Shown one piece after another: positions 48,671 to 55,332 of a DNA stretch of 64,000 bases. A model generated the notes under the pieces. It did no database searches. It had not been told where the DNA came from and was given only the letters and a program-made list of their open reading frames with translations. Each line of letters begins with the position of its first letter. The first letter of the stretch is position 1. Where the stretch lies: assembly GCA_963724485.1 (NCBI GenBank), contig CAVRUW010000009.1, positions 547,666 to 611,665 on the forward strand, written 5' to 3'. Both the position numbers and the translations under genes were made by a program. The stretch comes from an uncultured Acidobacteriota bacterium. Its GTDB lineage: Bacteria > Acidobacteriota > Vicinamibacteria > Vicinamibacterales > UBA2999.

Positions 48671-48898
48671 ATGAACGTGTCACTGACGCCGGAGCTCGAG
48701 CAGCTGGTGAACGAGAAGGTCCGTACGGGCCTGTATCAGACCGCCAGCGAAGTGGTGCGCGAGGCGCTCCGCCTGCTCAAACAGCGTGATGACGAGACCC
48801 GGCGCGCCGATCAACACGCGGCCTTGGCAGTGGGCGCGTCACGACGAAGGGTAGAACGACCCGCGAGCGGCGGAAGCCGACGGCGCGAGAAACGCTGA
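48671..48898 (+). CDS. Ribbon-helix-helix protein, ParD-antitoxin-like N-domain, basic C-terminal tail; no toxin partner
   Basis: MNVSLTPELEQLVNEKVRTGLYQTASEVVREALRLLKQRD matches the ParD/COG3609 RHH pattern. The remaining 35 aa are Arg-rich (…RRRVERPASGGSRRREKR) and the frame there is uncertain, because an alternative frame has higher GC3. Confidence 0.65.
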   Translation: MNVSLTPELEQLVNEKVRTGLYQTASEVVREALRLLKQRDDETRRADQHAALAVGASRRRVERPASGGSRRREKR

Positions 48899-48938
48899 TT
48901 GCCTCTGTAACTGGGGACGCTTCGACAGGAGTCAACGG

Positions 48939-49349
48939 ATGGCGCGTGCAGATCGACAGGCAGCGGTGATTCCCTATCGGATCCGCAAGGACCGCGTCGA
49001 GGTCGCACTCGTCACGACGTTCCGAGGGAAGCGGTGGATTGTTCCCAAGGGTTCGGTCGATGAAGGTGAACAACCCCGTGAGGCCGCCATTCGCGAAGCC
49101 GAGGAGGAAGCCGGCCTGCTCGGCGTGGTCCCGCGAAAGCCGCTTGGGCGATATCGCTACGTGAGCGGGAACAGTCGCTGCCGCGTGGACGTTTACGCGA
49201 TGCGGGTCACCGAGGTGCTCGATCATTGGCTCGAAGCGAAGTTTCGCCGCCGCCGCTGGATGCGGATACCTGATGCGGTCGCCTGTCTTCGCGAGGAGCT
49301 TCGCGAGTTCGTCTCTGACATCGAGCACGTCGTGAGGCGTGATTCTTGA
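48939..49349 (+). CDS. NUDIX hydrolase
   Basis: AGGAG SD 7 nt upstream. NUDIX box GSVDEGEQPREAAIREAEEEAG. Confidence 0.85.
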   Translation: MARADRQAAVIPYRIRKDRVEVALVTTFRGKRWIVPKGSVDEGEQPREAAIREAEEEAGLLGVVPRKPLGRYRYVSGNSRCRVDVYAMRVTEVLDHWLEAKFRRRRWMRIPDAVACLREELREFVSDIEHVVRRDS

Positions 49350-50947
49350 GCACGGTCGTCGACATGCGCGCCCCAACGTCGACCACGCTCGAATCCATCT
49401 ACGTGGTCCGTGGTGACGTGTCAGCCGACGCAGTCACCAGAAGCCTCCAGGCACTGGTGGCGACACAGCACCACACCATTCGACGAGGCCGGTTGACGGT
49501 GTTCGACACCGTCGATGGCCGTATCAGGCGAGCCGGCGCTCGTCTGACTCGACGAGCCGGCCGCGACTCCGACAGCGTCGCATGGCGTCGGCCAGGCCGA
49601 GGGACCAACCTGACGCTTCGAGTCACCGGGCCGGTGAGCTTTGCCTGGGACCTGCCCCATGGTCCGCTCCAACGCGCCCTCGCACCAGTCGTCGGAGTGC
49701 GACGACTCATGGCGCAGTTCGAAACCGAGACGACTGGGTCGCTGCTCGACGTTCTCGACCCTCGGAACAAGACGATCGCCCGCATACGAGTTGAATCGGG
49801 CCATGCGCGGTTGCCGCTTCCCGGCCATGCCTGGCAGCCCTTGCCCAGCCTGATCACGCTGTCCGGCTTGCGCGGCTACGAGGACATGTATCACTCGCTC
49901 TTGCCGCTCATCGAGAGCCGTCCGGGTGTCGAATCTTGCCGGGAGGGATTCGATACGGAAGCGCTTCGACAATTGGGCGCATTGCCGCCGATTCTTTCAG
50001 CACCCGGAACCGATCTTCCTCCGACCGTCCTGGCGGAGATCGGCGCCCGCTACATTCACAAGGGTCTTCTTCGCATCCTGCTCGCCAACGAACCGGGGTT
50101 GCGCGCAAATATCGACACCGAATTCCTGCACGATTTCCGGGTCGCGGTCCGTCGTACGCGCTCGTTGCTCGGACAGATCAAGCGAATCTTTCCCCCCGAG
50201 GCCCTCGTACACTTCTCGACAGAATTCTCGTGGCTCGGAAGGCTCACCACGAGCGCACGAGATCTCGACGTGCTCGTGCTCTCGCTTCGGGCGGAAGCGG
50301 ACCAGATTCAGCCTGACGACATGCAGGCGCTGACGGCTTTTCTCGGCGACGCGCAGCAACGTGAGCATCAGAAACTGGTCGCGGAGTTGGACAGCGAGCG
50401 GTATCGAAAACTTCTGACGGAATGGGCAACGTTTCTGGAGCGGTCGGCGCCCCTGCACGCCGATGCTCCCAATGCAAAGCGTCAGCTCACCGACATCGTT
50501 GCGCAGCGTGCCTGGAGACTGAGCCGGCGCATCGGCAGTCGCATCGAGACGATCGACCTCAACACTCCGCCTCAGCAACTGCATGAAGTGCGCCTCGCCG
50601 CCAAGAAGCTGCGCTACCTGATTGACGTCACACCGACGTTCTACGATCCGGTGGACCTCGAACGCATCCTGAGCGCGTTGAAGCGGATGCAGCGCGTGCT
50701 CGGCGACTTCAACGACGCGCAAGTGCAGGAGCAACGACTGACCGAGTGTGTCCGAGTCTTGGCCGCAGCCGATGGACCTCCTGGCACCTTGCGAGCCTTG
50801 GACCACCTGGCCGACCAATGCCGCCTGCGTCGCGAGCGTTTGCGAGGGTTGGTGACGGACGGACTCGTGAAGTTCCGCTCCCCCAGCACCCGATCGGCTT
50901 GTCGGCGGGCGTTCAAGCGGGCCAGGCCGGCGGAGCACGCCACATGA
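49346..50947 (+). CDS. CYTH-like + CHAD two-domain protein
   Basis: N-domain has CYTH-type strands (RLTVFDTVDGRIRRAGARLTRR) but the EXEXK signature position reads LESIYVV. C-domain is CHAD (FLHDFRVAVRRTRSLL..., LHEVRLAAKKLRYLIDV). TTGA overlap with the NUDIX stop, or ATG at 49364. Confidence 0.8.
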   Translation: MSTVVDMRAPTSTTLESIYVVRGDVSADAVTRSLQALVATQHHTIRRGRLTVFDTVDGRIRRAGARLTRRAGRDSDSVAWRRPGRGTNLTLRVTGPVSFAWDLPHGPLQRALAPVVGVRRLMAQFETETTGSLLDVLDPRNKTIARIRVESGHARLPLPGHAWQPLPSLITLSGLRGYEDMYHSLLPLIESRPGVESCREGFDTEALRQLGALPPILSAPGTDLPPTVLAEIGARYIHKGLLRILLANEPGLRANIDTEFLHDFRVAVRRTRSLLGQIKRIFPPEALVHFSTEFSWLGRLTTSARDLDVLVLSLRAEADQIQPDDMQALTAFLGDAQQREHQKLVAELDSERYRKLLTEWATFLERSAPLHADAPNAKRQLTDIVAQRAWRLSRRIGSRIETIDLNTPPQQLHEVRLAAKKLRYLIDVTPTFYDPVDLERILSALKRMQRVLGDFNDAQVQEQRLTECVRVLAAADGPPGTLRALDHLADQCRLRRERLRGLVTDGLVKFRSPSTRSACRRAFKRARPAEHAT

Positions 50948-52230
50948 GAGTCATCGCCCTCTACAACATGAAAGGCGGGGTAGGGAAGACCACCACTGCG
51001 GTCAACCTGTCATATCTTGCCGCGACCGCCGGTCAGCGCACGTTGCTGTGGGATCTCGACCCGCAGGCAGCCTCGAGCTTTGCGCTCCGGATCCGCCCTC
51101 GAGTTGCCGGGTTCGATAGAAAGAGCCTCGAGAGTGGCGAAGCGCTCGCGGCCGCGATCAAAGAGACCGACTACACCAACCTCGATCTGCTTCCGGCCGA
51201 CTTCGCGTATCGCAAGCTCGATCGCCTGCTCGCCGATCTCGGTAAGCCGAAACGCGTGGTGACCGAACTGCTCGAACCATTTGGCCGCGACTACGACGTC
51301 GTCTTCCTCGACTGCCCGGCCGGCTTCTCGCTGCTGACCGAAGGACTGTTCGCTGCCGCCGATGCGATGCTCGTCCCGACGATTCCGACCGTCCTCTCGT
51401 TGCGTACGCTCGCGCAGTTGATCAAATGGGCCGATCGCTCCGACTCGCGGACCGTGCTCGCCCCGTTCTTCAGCATGGTCGATCGACGTAAGACGTTGCA
51501 TCGCCGCGCTTGTGAGTGGTCGGAGGATGGTTCCGGGATGTTTCTCACCGGACAGATACCGTATGCGAGTGTGGTCGAGCAGATGGCAATCAGGCGCATG
51601 CCGCTCGCGATGTTTGCACCACGTGATACGGCGACGCTGGCGTTTGCGGGCATTTGGGCTGAACTCCAGTCCCGCCTCGAAACGCGTCACGAACGCTCAC
51701 CACGTCCCCACGGCCATTGGGCGCTTCAGCACCGAGCAATCGAGCTGCTCATCGCCCGTCTGGAACCGACGGAAGAGCAGGAGGTGTTGCAGCCGAGGCC
51801 CAAACAACCAACCAACGACACCGTCAGCTTCGTCCACGACTTCGACACCGAGGACCGGGATCTGCAGCGTTGCGGCTATGTGCTCCAGCTACGCGAGCAG
51901 GCCGGGGCCTTTACGATTGTCGCTGCGCGATCGACCGTCAACAACGACCATGGCGGCCTCGCCGAATGCGTCGAGATACGAATCGACGCATCATGGGCAG
52001 CCCAGATTCTGACGGGAGCGAAGTCGCCCCTGTCAGTGCTGGAGCGAAGGCTGCGTCCTCAGCAACAGTGGCTGCAGCAGGACATTCGCGCCACTATCGG
52101 ATCCGCCCGGCTCCAGCGCGTCGACTCGAGTACGGTCAAGCCAGTCACAAGAGGTAGTGCGAAAGCAGCAAAGCCCGATGACTCAAACCACGTGGAGGCG
52201 TTGGACTCCGCGACTGTTGGTCATCGCTAG
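50944..52230 (+). CDS. ParA/MinD-family ATPase with an uncharacterised C-terminal extension of about 180 aa
   Basis: ATGA overlap with the CHAD gene. MRVIALYNMKGGVGKTTTAVNLS (deviant Walker A), DLDPQ, VVFLDCPAG (Walker B). The extension from about residue 250 (…HERSPRPHGHWALQHRAIELL…) has no motif I recognise. Confidence 0.8.
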   Translation: MRVIALYNMKGGVGKTTTAVNLSYLAATAGQRTLLWDLDPQAASSFALRIRPRVAGFDRKSLESGEALAAAIKETDYTNLDLLPADFAYRKLDRLLADLGKPKRVVTELLEPFGRDYDVVFLDCPAGFSLLTEGLFAAADAMLVPTIPTVLSLRTLAQLIKWADRSDSRTVLAPFFSMVDRRKTLHRRACEWSEDGSGMFLTGQIPYASVVEQMAIRRMPLAMFAPRDTATLAFAGIWAELQSRLETRHERSPRPHGHWALQHRAIELLIARLEPTEEQEVLQPRPKQPTNDTVSFVHDFDTEDRDLQRCGYVLQLREQAGAFTIVAARSTVNNDHGGLAECVEIRIDASWAAQILTGAKSPLSVLERRLRPQQQWLQQDIRATIGSARLQRVDSSTVKPVTRGSAKAAKPDDSNHVEALDSATVGHR

Positions 52231-52239
52231 TCCATCGCC

Positions 52240-54189
52240 TCAACGATCTCCTGGCGGGAGGCGGAACGCTGCCATCTCCTGGCCGTTGCGAGCAAGCAGG
52301 ATATCTCCCACCACCACCGGGTGATTCCATGTCTTGCCGTCGAGGGCCGGAATCTTCGCGATCTCCGTGTACTTGTCCGGGGTCGCGCCGACCAACGCCA
52401 GTTCGCCATCCTCGGACAGGACGAGCAGCAGATCCTGCTCCGCCAGCAACACCACCTGGCCGTTCCCGTAACGTCCGCCCTTCCACTTGCGCGATCCATC
52501 CTGGAGGTCGATGCACGCGAGAATGCTGCCGTCGAAGCCGAAGGCATAGCCCTTATGGACGACGAGATCGTTGAAGTACGGCTTCAGTCCGCGCGTCGTC
52601 CATCGCTCTTCGACGTTCCATCCCTGGTTTCCCTTCGCAACCGAGACGCGGCGAATACCGAGCCCTCCCATTGCATCACCAGTCGTGATCAGAACGTCGC
52701 CGTCAGCCGTCATCGCCGGCTGAACGATGCCGACCCCCGGTATCCACACGTGCTCCCACAGCAGCGTACCGTCGGCAGGGGAGACGCTGATGGTACGGCT
52801 GCCCCTCAGCAGCAGGACTTGAGGCACACCGGCGATCGTCACCAGGTGTGGCGAGCTGTACCCTGAGCCTCCCTTCGGCCCGAACCATCGCGGGTCACCG
52901 CTTCGGGTTTCGTAGGCGACAAGCTGACCGCTCACCGCGACGATGACGGCGTTGTCGGTCACCAGCGGTGAGCTGGTAAAGCCCCAGCCGGGGAGTTCGA
53001 CGGCTGCGTCAGTCGCGGCATTGCGCGACCAAATGACTGCGCCGGTGGCGGCATCCAGCGCGTTCACGATTCCGGTCGCCCCGAGGCTGTACAGACGCCC
53101 ATTGCTGAGGGTCGGGGTTCCACGCGGGCCCGCGCCGCCATTCGATTCCCAGAAGCGCACTGGATCGCGGTGACGCCACACGGGCTCGCCCGTCGAGACC
53201 CTGTAACACGCAACGATCTCGTCGTTGCCACGCTGCTCCTGGGTATACAGAAGGTCGCCGTCGACTGCGAAGGACGACCAGCCCGGCCCGATCGGTCGAC
53301 GCCAGATCTGCACGGGCGGGGAGGCCGACCAGTCAGTCTTGATCAGCACACCTCGAATCACACTGTCGCGATTGGGTCCGCGAAACCCAGGCCACTCGAC
53401 TCGCGCGGTCGCGTGCTCGCTCGTGGCAGGCGGCTCGACTGGCGTGGTCTTCGCTTCGCCCTTGGCAGGCCCTTCGCCGCGCGCGTTCTTTCGCTCGCTC
53501 GGCACTGCCGGAGCCGCGGGTTCGGCCGTCGTTGGTGCAGGAGATTCCAGCGGAGTCGCCGACGCAGCCGGAGCCTTCGACAGGTCCGGCGTTTTCCCGA
53601 GTTCAGGTGATGGCGAGGGTGCTGCCGTAGGCTCGTCGCGCACTTGAGCCAGCAGAATTTCTTCGGCGGTCGGCGTCCAGCGCCACTCCATGTCGGCGAG
53701 GCCACCGTGTATGCCGTTCGTCCGCGCGAACGCCCACACGCCGCAACCGAGCAGCATCGCGACGACCAGCGTCGCGTAACGGCTACCCACCGAAAGACGA
53801 CGGCTCGTACCTGCCCACGCGACCAAGGCCAGCGCCAGCGTCGGAGGAACGAGAAAGAACAGCAACATCCTCTCCATCATTCCGTTCTGAATGGAGGCAT
53901 GCATCAATGGTCGCGTCACGAAGAACGCACCGATCATCGCGGCGATTGCGAGCAGCCGTTCGGACCACGGCGCGCGACTGAAAAACAGCCACCACAGAAC
54001 GATGACCACGCCAAGAGCCAATCCGGCGAGCACTCCAACAATCTCCAGCGGATATCCGAAGACTTCGGCGCCAGGGAAGATCGCAGGCAGGATGAAACGC
54101 AATAGCCATTGCAGGGTGACGATCACGACAGCGGGCCACAACCGAAGATGTCGCTGTGTTGTTGCGTCGGTCGTTTGCGTGATGTTCAT
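52240..54189 (-). CDS. Membrane-anchored PQQ-like (BamB-type) beta-propeller repeat protein
   Basis: Five N-terminal TM helices, a Pro/Ala-rich linker, then WPGFRGPNRDS... and repeated propeller blades (…VACYRVSTGEPVWRH…, …NALDAATGAVIWS…). Confidence 0.8.
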   Translation of the reverse strand: MNITQTTDATTQRHLRLWPAVVIVTLQWLLRFILPAIFPGAEVFGYPLEIVGVLAGLALGVVIVLWWLFFSRAPWSERLLAIAAMIGAFFVTRPLMHASIQNGMMERMLLFFLVPPTLALALVAWAGTSRRLSVGSRYATLVVAMLLGCGVWAFARTNGIHGGLADMEWRWTPTAEEILLAQVRDEPTAAPSPSPELGKTPDLSKAPAASATPLESPAPTTAEPAAPAVPSERKNARGEGPAKGEAKTTPVEPPATSEHATARVEWPGFRGPNRDSVIRGVLIKTDWSASPPVQIWRRPIGPGWSSFAVDGDLLYTQEQRGNDEIVACYRVSTGEPVWRHRDPVRFWESNGGAGPRGTPTLSNGRLYSLGATGIVNALDAATGAVIWSRNAATDAAVELPGWGFTSSPLVTDNAVIVAVSGQLVAYETRSGDPRWFGPKGGSGYSSPHLVTIAGVPQVLLLRGSRTISVSPADGTLLWEHVWIPGVGIVQPAMTADGDVLITTGDAMGGLGIRRVSVAKGNQGWNVEERWTTRGLKPYFNDLVVHKGYAFGFDGSILACIDLQDGSRKWKGGRYGNGQVVLLAEQDLLLVLSEDGELALVGATPDKYTEIAKIPALDGKTWNHPVVVGDILLARNGQEMAAFRLPPGDR

Positions 54190-54192
54190 TTC

Positions 54193-54919
54193 TTAAAATG
54201 CTCCATGACTTGCGCTGTCAGCCGCTGCGGCAACCGTGGCCCGACGTGACCCGAGGCCAACGAATCCATCAAAGGTTCGCGTGTTGCGGAGGCGCCACTG
54301 CCAATACAGCATCGAGACGATTGGCAACAGGACTCCTGAAGCCAGGAGTGCAGGATGGCGAAACGCTTCAGGCACGCGGTTTCGCCCGAGGAAAAACGCG
54401 ATTGACGCAATGAAGAGCGCGACACACATGCGCCACAAGTGCCTGACGAGGCGCGGGCGGCCGCGAAGGCCACCGGACCGCATCGTCCGCAAATCGCCGC
54501 GGCTCCGCCAGCAGGGCGACGAGGCCGAACATGAACAGCGGGTAAGCCATCCCGGCCTCCCGGCTGCCGTTGGCGATCGCTCTGAACCCGAGCGCAAAGC
54601 AACCGATCGCAATCGCGAGCGCCATCAGCATCGCGGCACGGTCCGCCCAGCGCAAACCAGGAGCCGGAGTTCGAACCGTGGTGAGCGATGTGATGACCAG
54701 GTAGAACACCAGCAACGCCGAGGGCACGTTGATCTCCGGTGCCACGCCCTCCACCGCCGAAATCAGCATCCCGGTGATAGCCATTGTCAGCATCACGCAG
54801 ACGAAGAGCATTCCGCTCCTGCGATGCAGTGTCGCGCCCTTCGTTACAGAAAGCGCGACATAACCGGACAGAAGTCCCGCGCCACCCGCGAGGATGTGGA
54901 TGAGCAGGATCGTTCGCAT
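54193..54919 (-). pseudogene. Seven-TM membrane protein (possibly DUF2306-like) with one frame disruption
   Basis: MRTILLIHILAGGAGLLSGYVALSVTKGATLHRRSGMLFV...FMFGLVALLA joins SRGDLRTMRSGGLRGRPRLVRHLWRMCVALFIASIAFFLG... if the extra G in GCG[G]AGC near 54506 is removed. Confidence 0.55.
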
Positions 54920-54922
54920 GAC

Positions 54923-55327
54923 CTACACTCTCTCGATCGCTGCCTGCGGTTCGTTGACCGCGAGCAGGGGAGGAATCCTGATCACTTCGGGTGCGAGAAC
55001 GCTGGTCGTCACCGCGAACAGGACCGCGGCCACGTCGATCCATGTATGTGCCTGGCGGCGGCGGACCGTGACGAGCCCGGTGGTGACGAAATAGAACGTC
55101 AGCAAACCGGCCACCACGTTGGCCGACGTCAACGACTTGGTGATGGCCTCCATCAACGCACCGCTCAGCGACATCGTGACCATCGCGAAGACGAAGAACA
55201 GACCCGCCTTGCGATGCAAGGTGGCGCCCTTGGTTGCGTAAAGCGCGACGTAGCCGAACACGAGGGCCAGCACACCCGCGAGGATGTGCGCCGGCAGAAT
55301 CATGGGGACGAGCCCTTGCAACTGCAC
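54923..55327 (-). CDS. Four-TM paralogue of the N-terminal half of the downstream membrane protein
   Basis: (M)ILPAHILAGVLALVFGYVALYATKGATLHRKAGLFFV... parallels MRTILLIHILAGGAGLLSGYVALSVTKGATLHRRSGMLFV.... Its TAG stop is followed, in the same frame, by GTC and the ATG of the next gene. Confidence 0.55.
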   Translation of the reverse strand: MQLQGLVPMILPAHILAGVLALVFGYVALYATKGATLHRKAGLFFVFAMVTMSLSGALMEAITKSLTSANVVAGLLTFYFVTTGLVTVRRRQAHTWIDVAAVLFAVTTSVLAPEVIRIPPLLAVNEPQAAIERV

Positions 55328-55332
55328 AGCGT

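Noticed and set aside
48671-48898. ParD-like gene interpreted as a type II toxin-antitoxin locus
   Set aside because: There is no ParE/RelE-like ORF on either side. The next gene, after an SD-containing 40-nt gap, is a NUDIX hydrolase. The gene is therefore treated as an orphan RHH regulator or adaptor.
6280-55327. Programmed ribosomal frameshifting as the explanation for the frame changes
   Set aside because: I saw no slippery heptamers (X XXY YYZ) or downstream pseudoknot-like structures at the sites. Several genes need multiple shifts, and the lesions look like single-base homopolymer gains or losses.
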